64,000 bases of DNA. It comes from Eledone cirrhosa. Taxonomy: Eukaryota. A program made the position numbers and the translations under genes. Shown one piece after another: positions 1 to 14,062 of this stretch (within the stretch, counting starts at the first letter, position 1; each line of letters starts with the position of its first letter). The notes under the pieces were generated by a model. That model searched no databases. It had not been told where the DNA came from and saw nothing but the letters and a program-made list of their open reading frames with translations. The DNA lies in the NCBI GenBank assembly GCA_964016885.1, contig OZ024740.1, positions 87,916,001 to 87,980,000 of the forward strand, read 5' to 3'.

Positions 1-454
1 AAAGGTCAACAAGGAAAAAGAATGCTGGAATATATACATACACATGTGTGTATATATATATGTATATATATATACATATATTTGCATGAACATTTCATAT
101 ATGATTCAGTATACAACCCCAGTCATATATGTATATATGCGTGTGTGTGCATAATGTTTTCAAGTTTAGCCCTTAACATGCACTTGCACGATGAAATACA
201 CTGCTAATGCCACCAGATAACACATAGGTGCACTGATCGACGGGAAGCTTTAGTCTGTCCTGCGTCAAGAGACGTCCAATGAAATATGCAATACATACAA
301 TAGATAAAACATTTATACAAAGCAATAAGGAAATGAGACATAGAATAAAAATAAAAATGAAATGAATGAAGACATTAATCAACGAAAGAGAGGTATAAGG
401 GAGAGAGAGAGAGCAACAGACTCTACGCCCCACTCTGAGTGGTATCTGTCAGTT

Positions 455-770
455 GCGTCCTGCGAAAACAATGGTGAAGGTAATGCTATGGAGAACGGCC
501 AGCAACATCCACTGCAACAGCCACGGTGCTCCTTCCTGATGCGGGCAGCTGTTTTTTTCTTTTTTTGATTTTGCGAAGGAAAATGGCAGATCGGGGACCT
601 AGAACACCTGAGGTCTCCACAGCAACCGGTGTGAAAAGGAAGCGGTCTGTCAAACCGTGGTAGTTGACAATTTTTCTCTCCTCTCCTCTGCATTGCAAGC
701 GGCAGTGCCTGGGTTTACTGCCGAAGCGACAAGGCTGGAGGCGGAGAACGAGTCGCACCACACAGCATTT
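455..770 (-). mobile_element. Degenerate C-terminal fragment of an RLE-endonuclease non-LTR retrotransposon (CRE-like)
   Basis: Minus frame reads EERKIVNYHGLTDRFLFTPVAVETSGVLGPRSAIFL, resembling the K..KY..L...F.P.A.ET.G..G motif of CRE-type RLE domains; frameshifted. Confidence 0.55.
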
Positions 771-1465
771 CAAATTAGGGATTCACCTTTCACTAATCAC
801 ACGATATGAATATGTAGTACTACAACAGCCGTATGCTATACATATCTCTTTCTGGCAAAAGCGCTCACCGTAGCTTTTAGTATCTTATATGACTGCAATA
901 AATAATTAAACGTGTAGCTTCTTTATAGTGTTAAACTGTTCAATTCAACAAGATAGATTATATGATATTACATTATTCATGAAAATATTATCATAATTTG
1001 CACATTTTACTTTAGTAATCGGCTTGCCGAGCCTGTATACGAGTTCCCATTTGTTATGTCTTATCATAATGTTGTTTATATTTAAATTAAGTTACATACA
1101 ATTTGAAGTTTAATGCGCTTTATCAAGTAACTTACATGTTACTGCTCGCTTTACAGAAGCGAAAACAACGCTGAAACAATTTTAAATCTAATTATCGTAC
1201 AACGACGATAAACAACGATGTAAAATAAATTATAAATAATAAATTCTATCATTAAAAATGATAAAATACGCTTCAGTGAGCAAGAAAATTTGAGAAATAA
1301 ATTTGTTTTTTAAGCAGACAAGTCTACTAATAAATGTTCTACCGTTAAAGAAGGGGCTTACTTAAAGGGAACCAACTGGAGATTTGTAAGTATCTGAGTG
1401 ATCCAATCCACTACTATATGCATGCCTTCATACATACGTACATACACACATTCATACTTAATATA

Positions 1466-1698
1466 TAATAACTGCATGTACAGGTACAAGACATATATAC
1501 ATGCACACATATTACTTAAAACACATATCCACACATACAATAACATCCATAATTGCACACACACACGCATGCAGACATGCAGACATTTCTACCGAGTTGA
1601 TGTCTAAATTCCAATGAAAGCGTCTTGTGTCTATGTTAGAAATCGACTCTTTCTCTCTTTAGTGGTAAACATTTATAAAATCATACTACCAGAAGAAC
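1466..1698 (+). mobile_element. 3'-UTR fragment of the R4/Dong-like RLE retroelement family
   Basis: Aligns by eye to 15143-15376 and to the reverse complement of 20574-20800; ends ccagaagaa followed by catacata. Confidence 0.75.
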
Positions 1699-2039
1699 AT
1701 ACATAAATACATACATATATACATACGTTTATAACATACACACATGCACACACATATATTCGGGAAAATTCGACAAGGAAAACGAATACGGGAATACACA
1801 CACACACACACACACGTATGTTAGTATCTCAGTGTCCCAGTCCACCACTACATGCATACACACATACATATATACATACCTACATGCATGCACACATACA
1901 TACATACATACATGCACATATATACTTATGTGTGTGTGTGTGTGTGTGTGACAGCTCACACCTATGCAGGTTTAGCTGGCCTCCTCCAAGGTATATCTCG
2001 TTGGAGGTGTCTTGGGTAATTTAATGATAGGCACCCCAG

Positions 2040-2190
2040 TCCTATCATCTCATTTCTACAGCTGAGTAAACTGCATCAACGTGAAATAAAGTATCTTGCT
2101 CAAGGAAACAACACATCACCCGGTCCGAGAATTGAACTCACAACCTTTCGATTGCAAGCCCAATGCTCTAACCACTAAGCCATGTGCCTT
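2040..2190 (-). mobile_element. tRNA-derived SINE
   Basis: Minus strand begins ggcacatggcttagtggttagagc (A-box-like) with gagttcaattc (B-box-like), followed by a non-tRNA core (ccttgagcaag). Confidence 0.7.
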
Positions 2191-2849
2191 CACTTATATA
2201 CATACATAAATACAAACAAGCACATAGTCAAAGCTAACTCTTGCGAGTACGACTACTTCTTATGCACCCCCTACAACCCCCAAACCCAAACAAAACCCTA
2301 TATTGATGTTCCAGCCGCTGATGTTATTTTAGATGACTCTCCAAACCAAGAAGTTACTTTCATGCCATACCACACAATGTCCAGATACGTTTCCCGTCTG
2401 CTTGAGGTTGATTGGCCTGGCTTGTTTTGGATTTATGGAGAAAGAACGCAGCTCCTTAATTCATAAGTTACAAGTCTCCACGATATCATGAATTTTTGAA
2501 ATTTTTGAAACATTCAAAGGATGAACACTTGCACAAGAGACGACGTAGATTTCCCTTTCTTTACGACATTGAAATCAGTAAGGTAGCCGGTCAAGATGAA
2601 CTCAAAATTATGAGAAACAACAGCTAACATACATAATAGATAGATAGATATGTTTCTTTATTAGCCACAGGAGCACAAAAGAAGGGGACAAATACAAAGG
2701 GGGAAGTTTACATACAATAAAAACGTGTAAAATGTTATCACAAATGCAATTTAAAAAATTAGTCGATTTTCCCCAATAGGGGGAGACAGTTTATATGGGT
2801 AACACATACCCCTGAAAAAATGTGCAACCATCATCTCTAGGAGTACAAA

Positions 2850-5800
2850 GAGTTTGTACCCCTTTTCTCCCTTTCTCTTTTTCCTCAACCTACAGGCTGA
2901 TATAGAGAGAAGGCCCATTCACTCGGGCCATTCTCGCCACTTTCACCCACCTTTCATCAAACTAGCTGGGGTACAGCACCTCTCTCTCCATCCTGATTCT
3001 TCTTCCAAAGTGGTATTTGAAAAAAAGAATCAGTAGTTGGCCGGAGAGAAAGGTGTCTGACCTCAGCCCTTTCAACCTTGTCCACCATAAACCTCTTTCG
3101 CCATAGCTATCACACAAAGGAAAACCGCCTCTCCTTCGATTTTGAAGGAGGGTGGCGGTTTGATCATGACAATGGACTCGGTGGTCAACCGGATTGGTCC
3201 CACCCACGACAATAGTCGTTCTACATAGCCCCACAGGTCGGTAACGCCCGGGCAGTGTATGAATGCGTGCGGGACGGTTTCTTCGTCTCGCACGCACCTC
3301 GGACATATCTTTTTCGAAGAATCCCTGCCCGGGCGCCCATGTCTGTAGAGCTTGTCTCGAACTAGTAGAGCTCCTCGGTAGCACTGCCATGCCAGGGACT
3401 TTTGGAAGTTGTCCATCGGTCCCGAGCGGAAGGTCCTACCGAACAGACTGGCCAGTTCGTCTTCCTCTACGCCTAGAGTTTCACCGAGCACGTCGTCGCA
3501 CTTGCTGCGGATCAACCCTCTATAGAATGACGAAGTGGAGTCACCACTGATCGTCGGGTCCGCCTGCCAGAGGGCTGTGAGCGCCTGAGCGCATTCGATG
3601 TGTCAGTCGTCCATTTTCCTCGGTCTTTGCTTGACCCAGGAATGCAGCTCGGTCAGTGAGACGAGTCGTGGGAAGGCTTACCTCACGAACGGGGCCCACA
3701 CCGGTTGTCCGGTGAGGAATACGTAGAGATGCCGCAGCCTGAGCGCGTGTTTGCGCATCGTCAGCCACGGGGTCCCCCAACCCTCCGTTGGAAGGGTGTT
3801 GGCAGCAGATGGATCTTCTCACCAAAGGAGCCCGCCTCTTCCAAAGGAATTGGAAGAGCGCGCGCTCCCTTTTGGTGAACGTTTTGGCTGGACAAGGCAC
3901 GACGGTCAAGCGGTAGTAGATGGCGGACGCTATAAAAGTGTTCGCCACCTCCGCTCGATCTTTCAAGGATAGTTTGCACTCGGCCCACTTCTGGGTGAAT
4001 GCAAACACCTTGGCCGTCACCTCATTCCAGTTCTTCTCCACCTGGAGGCCCGGACCAAGCGAGACCCCGAGCAGCTTTACGGGTCCTTCCATCCAGCGTC
4101 CGACGACGCCATCGGAAGGCATCGGTCTGCCTCTCCACGATCCGAGTTGCAAACAGATGGACTTGTCCCGGTTCAGCTTCGCTCCTGTGAACCTTTCGTA
4201 TTCCTTCAGTAAGGTGCCGACTTCCTTGATTTGCGAGGTGCTCGACACCACTACTCTCACGTCGTCGGCGTAGGCCGACGCCGCTTTCCGCAGTCCCGGT
4301 TCCAGAGGGATGCCGTGCAATAGCTCCAACTTCCGCAGTAGTGGCTCAAGAGTCAGTACGTACAGAAGGGAGGAGAGAGGGCACCCCTGTCGAATGGATC
4401 GCGTGATATGGAACGGCTCCGAGAGGTAGCCATTCACCTTGACCCTTGAGCAGATGTTGCTGTTGTGCATTGCAGCAATCCAGCCCCTGAACACGGGTCC
4501 CAAGCCTGCCGCCTCGAGCACCGCATCCAGGTAGCGATGGTCAACCCTATCGAAAGCCTTAGATTGATCCAAGTTGATCAGGGCCCCACCGAAGCCGAGT
4601 TTACACCCTACCCTCTTTATGATGTATCGCATGAGGTGGAGGTTGTCGTGTATAGACCTGGTCGGGATTGCGCATGTCTGCGCTTCTCCCACCAGGTTTT
4701 CGACGACAAGCGCCAGCCTCTTTGCCATCACCTTGGCCAAAATCTGTAACTCTGTGTTTAGCAGAGTTATGGGCTGGAAGTTGCCTATGTCATCCCCCTT
4801 ATTCTCGTCCTTCCTGACTAGTGTGACTACGCCCCCGATCACAGAACTGGGAATTCTCCCGTTCTGCTGCCAGTTGCAGTAGACCGCTTCCAGGAGACCG
4901 GAGAATAAGTGCGGCATTGGTACGTAAAATTCGTAGGGTAGATCGTCGAGACCTGGAGATTTGCGTTTGCCGCATTGGCTCAGCGCGTCCCCTATCTCAG
5001 CGGCTGAAATCGGCTTTTCGCAGAATGTCGCCTTGCTGTTCGAGAGTCGCGGTAGGCCATCGAGGTATGGACCGAAATCCATAGCCCCTCCCGGCGCGCC
5101 GCCCCGCCCGAACAGTTGAGCAAAGTGCCACTGAAAGACCGCTCACATCTGCTTCGGCTCATGTATCACGCGTCCGTCTTGGTCCTTCAAAGATCGAATC
5201 GGGGACTTGTTGCCACTTTTTGCCTCCGTCACTCGTGCCCAGCTAACAGCTTTGGCTCCCTCGTTTTCCAGAGCACGTATATTGCTTCTGACAACGCAGC
5301 CCCCGTGCTTTGCGTCGAAGAACTGGTCCAAGGCCGTTCTCGTTGCTAGCACGCTGGCTACGTTGCCACTTCTAATTGCCTCTTCTACTTTATCTACCAG
5401 TTCCTTCTCGGTCCTATTTCTATCTAACGCTAATTCTTTACTAAAAACTAACGAGTCTAATCTAACTGCCCTCTTGAGAGAGTACCACCATCTGTTGTTG
5501 ACAATGGCCCCTGTCAAGTGCTGTTTAACTAAAGTGCTAATTCGTCTACTGTAGGCTTTGCTTTTCGGTAACGACAAGTTCAGCTTCCAGTACCGGGTCC
5601 TTGTCTATGGGTTCTATCAAGGTTGACCATGCAGGTCACTAGTTTGCGATCTGAATAGACAACCATGAACATTTGTGGACAGCTTAACATATCCCTATCC
5701 TTATTTCTAACTAGAACCCTAGCTAGGTACGATCTAGATGTTCCGCTACGATTAGTCCACGTCCACAGTGACACAGTCGGAAAATCTAGTCGATATCCAT

Positions 5801-6326
5801 CGGCCAGGTCAAATCGGCCGATTAACTGTTTGAGGTTGTTACACCCTCCTTTATCGGGACATGCTCCCACATAGTCCCAACGTGCATCTAGGATTTCATT
5901 CCAGTCCGCCACTAAAAGCAAGGAGCGGAACGTTCCCAGAAAAGTCTCTAGACGTTTGAAGAAGTCTGGTAGCGGTGTTCCGGATGGGGCATATGCAACC
6001 ACCAGCCTGAAGGCTCCACCTTCACTACCGTCAACGTCTAGGACCACCAGTCGACCCGCCAGGTCAAGATATACCGTCTGTGTTACGAGGGCCAGGTGTT
6101 TCCGCAGCAAAACGGCAACCCCGCCCCCAACCTCCGGCTGACAGAGGGATGCGTAGATCTCAAAGTCATCGAAGATGGGGGCCAGCTGTTGCTCGCTGTG
6201 GATCCTGTATTCGCAAATGGCTACTACATCCATACTCTGCGACCTGAGGTCGTTTAAGAGTTTGCCCTGTTTCCAGGGCATCCCCAGGCCGCGTACATTC
6301 ACAAATCCAACTCTTATATTGGCCAT
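2850..6326 (-). pseudogene. ORF2 (APE endonuclease + reverse transcriptase + zf-RVT) of Tx1-like copy 1, disrupted
   Basis: ORF pieces 5580-6326 (NVRGL, APE), 5143-5577, 3541-5082 (RT, YADD) and 3072-3515 lie in different frames. Confidence 0.9.
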
Positions 6327-6363
6327 GTTGGTTCTGAAAAGTTAAAAGAAGAGAAGAAAACAC

Positions 6364-7908
6364 TCATCTCTTCGTCTCCCGGGGACCAGGCCGCACGATT
6401 TCTATGGGGGTGTTAGAGGGGTTGTTTGGGTCGGTGGTGGTTTCCGGTGGGGTGGGGACGGAGATGTTTGGTGGAGAGGGGGTTTCTGATGGGGTGGGGG
6501 TGTCTGGGGTGCGTGTGTCTGGGGTGAGGGTGGGGAAACTTTTTAAAAGAACGCGGTTAATGTGTTCAACACAAGGATTACCCACGTCCTTAGGAAAGTT
6601 TTCCTTTAAAGACTTATAGGTGTCCGTAGGGACCCTAATCATCTTTAAATTAGGTTTGTCTACAGAGTTCGAAAAAGTTTTTCCTTCGGTTTTGTTTTTA
6701 CTGTTTATGAATGTGTAATGTTCTTGTGTTGCCGTGGTTTTTGTCTGTTGTTCTTGTGGAAGCTTTCGTTTTGTTGTAGGTGTTTGTGTTTGGAGTGATG
6801 TTGTGGTTTTGTTTTCGGGACGGGGTTTTTTGTTTGTAATGTTTGTGTTGTTTGTGTTGGTGGTTGTATGTTTGTAGTGATGTTTGTTGTTTTTTTGTTC
6901 TTGTGATTTCTTTTCTTCTTTCTTTTCGAACGGAGAGGCTCTCCCTGATCGTCACTTGGTGATGATGTGGGGGCCTCGTCCGTTGTGGTGTCTGTGTTAT
7001 TTGGAAGGGGTATGTTTTGGGGAGCTATTGTGTTTGTGGGTGTTTTTGTAGTGGTTTTAGGTGGAGTGGGGTTGGGTGGGACTGTGCTTGCAGGTTGGTT
7101 TGTTGTTCTTGTTTTGGATATGTTTGCGTGTTGTTGTTGTTGTTGTTGTTGTGGTGGTGGTGGTTGTGTTGTTGTTTTGGGTGTTGGCAGTAGTGCCTCT
7201 TTTTTTTTGTAGTTAACTGAGGACAGTAAGCCCTCAGGTGACCACTGCTTAAACAGTGGTAACATGAAGGCCGCCTCCCCTCAACAGAAATGTTTGTGTA
7301 AAATTCCATCCAGAGGCACACGTTGGGGTATTTTAGCTATCCGTTCTGGCCTCATTTGGACCAGAACTTCTATGCTTGTACCATTGAATGTGCCTCTGGA
7401 GGACTTTCCCACCGAAATGATGGTGTCTTCGTAGAAATCGATGAAGCCAGTTAAAATCCAGCAGACATTTACATTTGGTTCAATGTTCGAAATTTTTATC
7501 TTTTGTGTCCTTTTTCCCATATATGTGGGGAAAAAGGTGTAAAGTGGGGACACAATCGGCGATACAGAATATTTTTGTGCCGTCAATTGGTCTTTCAACA
7601 ACACCGAAATGCTTCCAAAAAGTTTCCCTTTTTGGATGAAGGCAATATCCTTCAAGGAATTCTTCACCACCAGTTCAACGTCGTTTTGGGATAATTGAAC
7701 TGGATTTTTCGACACATTTGAAACCGTCCTAAAAATTACTGTTTTTAGAACAGTTTCTCTGCGTAACTGTTGAGGAGAAGTGATGCTGAAAGCAACATTC
7801 TCACCAAAAGTTACATACTGTTTTGCATCGCTTAACATTTCCCTAGCATTGGAAATGTCAAGGTATGTGAACAGTTCCGTCTTTTGGACGGTTTGAGCAA
7901 AGGAAATC
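6364..7908 (-). pseudogene. ORF1 (gag-like, CX2CX4HX4C zinc knuckle, Pro/Thr/Gln-rich tail) of Tx1-like copy 1
   Basis: Pieces 7281-7908, 7025-7321, 6705-7265 and 6364-6642; homologous to ORF1 of copy 2 (LDISNAR.ML, FRTVSN, KI.NI.PN.N..WIL.GF). Confidence 0.85.
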
Positions 7909-8525
7909 GTTTCACCGAGCATGTCGTCGCACTTGCTGCGGATCAACCCTCTATAGAATGACGAAGTGGAGTCTCCACTGATCGTCGGGTCCGCCTGCCA
8001 GAGGGCTGTGAGCGCCTGAGCACATTCGATGTGCCAGTCGCCCATTTTCCTCGGTCTTTGCTTGACCTAGGACTGCAGCTCGGTCAGCGAGACGAGTCGT
8101 GGGAAGGCTTGCTTCACGAACGGGGCCCACACCAGTTGTCCGGTGAGGAATACGTAGAGATGCCGCAGCCTGAGCGTGTGTTTGCGCATCGTCAGCCACG
8201 GGGTCCCCAGCCCTCCGTTAGAAGGGTGTTGGCAGCAGATGGATCTTCTCACCAAAGGAGCCCGCCTCTTCCAAAGGAATTGGAAGAGCGCGCGCTCCAT
8301 TTTGGTGAGCGTTTTGGCTGGACAAGGCACGACGGTCAAGCGGTAGTAGATGGCGGACGCTATAAAAGTGTTCGCCACCTCCGCTCGATCTTTCAAGTAT
8401 AGTTTGCACTCGGCCCACTTCTGGGTGAGTGCAAACACCTTGGCCGTCACTTCGTTCCAGTTCTTCTCCACCTGGAGGTCCGGACCAAACCAGACCCCGA
8501 GCAGCCTACCGGTCCTTCCGTCCAG
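7909..8525 (-). mobile_element. Internal ORF2 fragment of the copy-1 Tx1 subfamily (direct repeat of 3478-4096)
   Basis: Near-identical to 3478-4096 (gtttcaccgagc...ggtccttcc.tccag); abuts (GATA)n at 8529. Confidence 0.92.
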
Positions 8526-8528
8526 ACA

Positions 8529-8588
8529 TATAGATAGATAGATAGATTGATAGATAGATAGAGAGATAGATAGATAGATAGATAGATA
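8529..8588. repeat. (GATA)n microsatellite between the two Tx1 elements
   Basis: Direct reading; similar tracts at 2636-2650 and 14365-14432. Confidence 0.95.
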
Positions 8589-8779
8589 TATTTCTTTATT
8601 TGCCACAAGGGTGCACAAGAAAAGGGGACAATACAAAGACGTGCCGGGGATTTTACATAGTCGTGTAAAAAATATAAAAACAAACAATTACAACAATCGA
8701 AATCCCCAATAGGGGGGAAGCTTCACAAATGGGTTGTTTAATACCCCGTCGATAGAACAACCCTCAACTCCAGGAGCGT

Positions 8780-11700
8780 GTTGTGCAATTGCTCCTTTCT
8801 TCCTTTTGTTCTCTTCTTCAACCTACAGGCTTATAAACAGAGAAGGCCCAATCACTCGGGCCATTTTCGCTTCATTCACCCACCTTTCAGTAAATTTACT
8901 GGGGTGCAGTGCCTCTCTTTCCACTCTGATTCTCCTTCTAAAGTGATAATTAAAGAAGGGAATCAATTGTTATCCGGAGAGAAAGGCATCTGTCCTCAGT
9001 CCTCTCAATCTCGTCCCCCATATAACTTCTTTCACCATAGCCACCGTACAGAGGAAAACCGCCTCTCTTTCGTTTTTGAAAGAGGCTGGCGGTGTGTTCC
9101 TTACTATGGACTCGGCAGTCAACTGGATTTGTCCCATACGCAACAGCAGTTGTTCTGCATAGTTCCACAGGTCGATTACGCCGGGGCAGTGTACAATTGT
9201 GTGCAGGACTGTTTCAATGTCCTGCTCGCATCTTGGACACGTCCTCTTGGAAGGATCCCTGCCGGGCGTCCGTGCCTGTAGAGCCTGTAGATCTTGTCAC
9301 GAACTGGTCAAGCTCCTCGGTAGCACTGCCAGGCCAGGGACCGCTGGAAGTTGTCCATAGGTCCCGAGCGGAAAGTCCTACCAAACAGATTGGTGAGCTC
9401 ATCGTCTCCGAGCACGTCGTCGCCCTTGTAACGTACAATCCCTCTATAGAATGTCGAAGTGGAGTCTCCACTGATTGCTGCGCCCGCTTGCCAGATGACT
9501 GTGAGCGTCTGAGCGCATTCAATGTACCAGGCCCCCTTCGTTTTCGGTCTTTTCTTGACCCAGGACTGCAGCTCCGCCAGCGAGACGAGCTGTGGAAAAG
9601 CCTGTCTCACAAACGGTGCCCACACCGGTTGGGGGTCGGTGAGGAATACTTGGATATGCCGCAGCCTCAGCGCATGTTTGCGCATCATCAGCCATGGCAT
9701 TCCCAGCCCTCCGTTGGTAGGTTGCTGACAGCAGACTGTTCTCCTCACCTGCGGAGCCTGCTTCTTCCACAGAAACTGGAAGAGCATGCGTTCCATCTTG
9801 GCGAGGTGTTCACGGGGACAAGGCACGACAGTCAAGCGGTAGTAGATGACGGACGCTATGAAAGTGTTAGCCACCTCCGCTCGATCTTTCAAGGAGAGTT
9901 TGCACTCTGCCCACTTCTTGGCCGTGACCTCGCTCCAGTTTTTCTCGACCTGGAGGTCTGGACCGAATCAGACCCCGAGCAATTTCACCGGTCCGTCCGT
10001 CCAGCGTCCAACGACGCTGTCGGACGTCATCGGTTTGCCTCTTCACGTACCGAGTTGCAAACCGACAGACTTGTCCGGGTTGCTCCCGTCAGCGTTTCGT
10101 ATTCTTTCAGTAAGTTGCCGATCACCCCGATTTCCGAGGTGCTCGACACCATTACCGTCACGTCGTCGGCATAAGCCGAAGCCGTTTTGCGCAGTCCCGG
10201 TTCTAGATGGATGCCCTGCAACAGCTCTAATTTCCGCAGTAGTGGCTCTAGAGTCAATACATACAGAATGGAGGAGAGAGGGCACCCCTGTCGAATGGAA
10301 CGCGTGATTGCGAACGGCTCCGATAGGTAGCCGTTCACCTTGACTCTCGAGCAGATGCTGGTGTGCATCGCCTCCTCGATCCAGCCTCTGAACACGGGAC
10401 CGAAACTGGCCGCCTTGAGAACCGCTTCCAAGTATCGATGATCGACCCTATCGAATGCCTTAGACTGATCCAAATTGATCAGAGCCCCACCGAAGCCGGG
10501 TTTACTACCCACCCTCTCTATGATGTATCGCATGAGGTGGAGGCTGTCGTGTATGGACCTGGTCGGGATTGCACACGTTTGCGCTTTCCCTACCAGGTTC
10601 TCGACGAAAAGCGCCAACCTCGTCGCTAGCACCTTGGCCAAAATCTTTAACTCTGTGTTGAGCAGAGTTATGGGCCTGAAGTTGTTAATTTCGTCCCCCT
10701 TGTTCTCGTCTTTCCTGATCAGCGTTACTACGCCCTTGCCTGCAGAACTGGGAATTCTCCCGTTCTGCTGCCAATTGCAGTAGACGGCTTCGAGGACGCC
10801 AGAGAACAAGTCCGACATGCCTATGTAAAACTCATAGGGTAGACCATCTAGACCGGGTGACTTGCGTTTCCCGCAGCGGCCCAGAGCGTCCCGTATCTCA
10901 GTGTCCGTGATTGGTCTATCGCAGAACTCGACGTCCGTGTTCGAGAGACGCGGCAGGCCGTGGAGGTATGAACTAAAGTCCATTGCCCCGTTCGGCTCAC
11001 CGTCGTTCTGCTCAAACAGTCGCGCAAAGTGCTGCTGAAAGGCCGCGCACATTTGCTTAGGGTCAAGTAGCACGCGTCCGTTTTGATCTTTCAAAGACCG
11101 AATCGTGGACTTGTTGCCGCTTTTTGCCTCCGCCACTCGGGCCCAGCTGACAGCTTTCGCTCCTTCGTTTCCTAGAGCACGTGTTGTGCTTCTGACCACG
11201 CAGCCTTCGTGTTTCGCATCGAAGAACTGGTCCAGTGACGTTCTCGACGCTCACACTCTAGCCGCGTTGCCTCTTCTAAGTGCCTCATCTACATTGGCTA
11301 CTAGTTCTCTTTCTATTCTGTTTTTCTCTAAGGCTAACTCTCTGCTATACCCTATCGATTCTATTCTAATTGCTTTCTTGAGAGAGTACCACCATCTATT
11401 GTTGACGATGGCTCCCGTTAACTGTTGCTTGACTAGTCTACATATCCGTTCCCTGTAAGCTTAACGTGCCAGCAACGACACGTTCAGCTTCCAGTATCCG
11501 GGTCCCTGTCTATGTATTCTATCACGGTTGACTAAGCAGACGACTAACTTGTGATTTGAATAGGCAACCAGGTGCATTCGTGGACAGCTTAACATCTCCC
11601 TTTCTCTAATGAATAACCTATCTAAATACGATCTAGATGTCCCACTGCGGTTTGCCCACGTCCACTGTGGTGCAGTCGGGAAATCCAGTCGATACCTATC

Positions 11701-12220
11701 GGCCAGTTGGAATTGACCGATTAAAGTTGCACCCCGCTCTACTGGGACATGCTCCCACACAGTCCCATCGTGCATCTAGGATACCATTCCAGTCCCCCAC
11801 TAAAAGTAAGGAGCGAGACGTTCCCAGAAAAGACTCTAGACGCTTAAAGATGTCTGGCCGTGATTGCGATTGCCCGGTCGGGGCATAAACGGCCACCAGT
11901 CTGAAGGCTCAACCTCCAATACTGTTCACGTCTAGGACTACCAGTCTACCCTCCGGGTCCAAGTGTACTTGCTGTACTTCGACGTCCAGGTTCTTCCGAA
12001 ACATGACAGCCACTCCACCTCCACCTCCTGGCTCACAGAGAGATGCGTAGATCTCAAAGTCGTCGAAGATGGGGGTTAGTTGCTGCTTGTTGTCGATCCT
12101 GGACTCGGTGATGGCTATCACATCCATACTGTGTGACCTAAGGTCTTTTAAAAGTTGGCCCTGTTTCCAGGGCATCCCTAGGCCACGCATATTCACGGTT
12201 CCAACTCGTAAACTAGCCAT
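8780..12220 (-). pseudogene. ORF2 (APE + RT) of Tx1-like copy 2, disrupted
   Basis: Pieces 11909-12220, 11696-11896, 11461-11775, 10027-11199 and 9308-9892. Confidence 0.9.
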
Positions 12221-12324
12221 GTTGGTGAAGAAAAGTTGGAGAAAAAGGACGAAAAGTGCACTTACCTTTTCGTTTCCTGGAGATCGGGTTGTTCAATCCC
12301 CATTTGGGTGCTGGATGGGGTGTT

Positions 12325-14062
12325 AAGTGGGGTGGGGAAACATTTTAATAGGACGCGGTTGATGGGTTTGTGGCAGGGGTTGCCCACGTCCTGTGAAAAT
12401 TTATTTTTTTAGGTTATTATAGGTTTCCATAGAAACCCTTATAAGTTTAAGGTGTGGAGACGATTCTGACTTGACGAAACTTTTGCCCTCCGTCTCCACC
12501 TTGGGGTTTTGGGAGATGACCTCCATCAAACTCTTGTTGTTTGTGTTGATGTATGCGTATTGTTGTTTGTGTTTTTGTTGTGTTATTTTAGTTTGTTGTT
12601 CGTCCGGAAGTTTTCTTTTTATGGTGGGTGCTTGTGTTTGGGGTGATGTTGGTGCTGGTTTTGCTGATAGGGGGATGTTTGACTGTGGTGTTGTTTGTGT
12701 TGTTGTTTGTGTCTGTGGTTGTGTGTTGGTGTTGGTGATTGGAGTTTTGGGGGTTTTGTGGTGTGTCTTTTTTTGTTTTTTAGATTTCCGCGGTTCTCCC
12801 TCTTCACTTAAAGAAGGAGAAGCAACTTCATCCGTCGATGAATAATCATCGTCAGGTGTGTGGGGTAGGGGTATGTTGTGTGGTGGTGGTGTTTCGGTGT
12901 GTGTGTTTGTGGTAGTGTTTGATGGAGTGGGGCTGTGTTCTTCAGGGTGTTGTCTCTGTTTTTTCTGTTGTTGTTGGTTGAGTGTCTGTTTGTTTAGGTG
13001 TGGTTGCTCGTTTCATCTGTTGTTGTACTTGTGGTGGTGGTGGGGGTTGTTTTGGTGTTGGTGTTGGTAATAGTGTTTTTTTAATGATGTTGTTGTTGTG
13101 TGTTTGTGGACAAGAGGCTTTTAGGTGTGCTGTGCTACCACAGCGAAAGCAATGACATTTTCGTCCGTCTACCGAAATGTTTATTTTGTTGTTATTATCG
13201 ATGACGATTCTTTCGGGTATTTTGGATATTCTCTCCGGTTTCATTTACAACAGAATCTCCAAATCAGTACCCGCCCACCTTTGTCGAATAGATTTTCGTA
13301 TCGAAAGAATCATATCAGTTTCTGGCTCTACGAAGCCAGCCAAGATCCACCAGATGTTAATGTTTGGGGGTATGTTTTTTATTTCTATTTTTTTGTGTCC
13401 TTTTTCCCATGTATGTAGGGAAAAAGGTGAATGCTTTGACACCATTGGTGTCACAGAATGTTTTTAGGCGAGTGCCTCGCTTTTAAACAGTACGGAAACA
13501 CTTCCGCTGGAGAAACTCGATATTTGCTAGAATTTCCTTGAAAGTAGCTTCTATATCTGCTTGGCTAACAAATGTCGGCTTTCTTGTGGAATTTGACACA
13601 GTCCTAAAGGTGACTGATCTGCGAATTGTGTCTTCCTTTATTTCAAGGGGTGAGTTAATTCTAAACCCATCTTTTTCTTCGAAAGTTACAAATGTTCTCC
13701 CTTGCTGGAGCATATCTCTTGCGTTGGAGATATCAAGATTTATAAAATCTTGTTTTTTGTTCACTGTTTCAGCGAAAGACATTTCCTTTTTTTGTGTGGT
13801 GTTGCTGTTGTTGTTGTTGTTATCGTTGTTAGCCTCGGTGTTGGAAATCTCAGTTCCTTGTCGAGGTGAAACATTATGTGTCAATGTATCTGTAGAGTTG
13901 TTGATGTCTTTTTCATCTGTATGTATGTTAATGGGTTTAATTCCTGTGTTTTCCTGTGTGTTATTGTTATTTTTCTCCGCTTCGACGGTAGAAATTTTAA
14001 AATCTTCAAGTGGTAAATATTTTTTTCTCTTTGTTGACAGTCGTATCTATGGCGACGTCCAT
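12325..14062 (-). pseudogene. ORF1 of Tx1-like copy 2, disrupted
   Basis: Pieces 13483-13884, 13245-13454 and 12942-13244 (zinc knuckle); candidate ATG at 14062 lies in a shifted frame. Confidence 0.8.

Larger units (their letters stand above)
2651..7908 (-). mobile_element. L1/Tx1-clade LINE, copy 1 (5'-truncated within ORF1, frameshifted)
   Basis: ORF1 with CCHC knuckle CYHCLSSGHLRAYC; ORF2 with APE endonuclease, RT (KSPGLD, LDQSKAFDRV, RQGCPLS, YADD) and C-terminal CPRC...ETVPHAFIHC; 3' end AATAAA followed by (TATC)n. Confidence 0.95.

Noticed and set aside
2120-2190. tRNA-like sequence
   Set aside because: No intact cloverleaf and it continues into a SINE core; treated as a SINE head.
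9092-10174. 360-aa plus-strand ORF
   Set aside because: Antisense shadow of the GC-rich Tx1 ORF2; no recognisable motifs.
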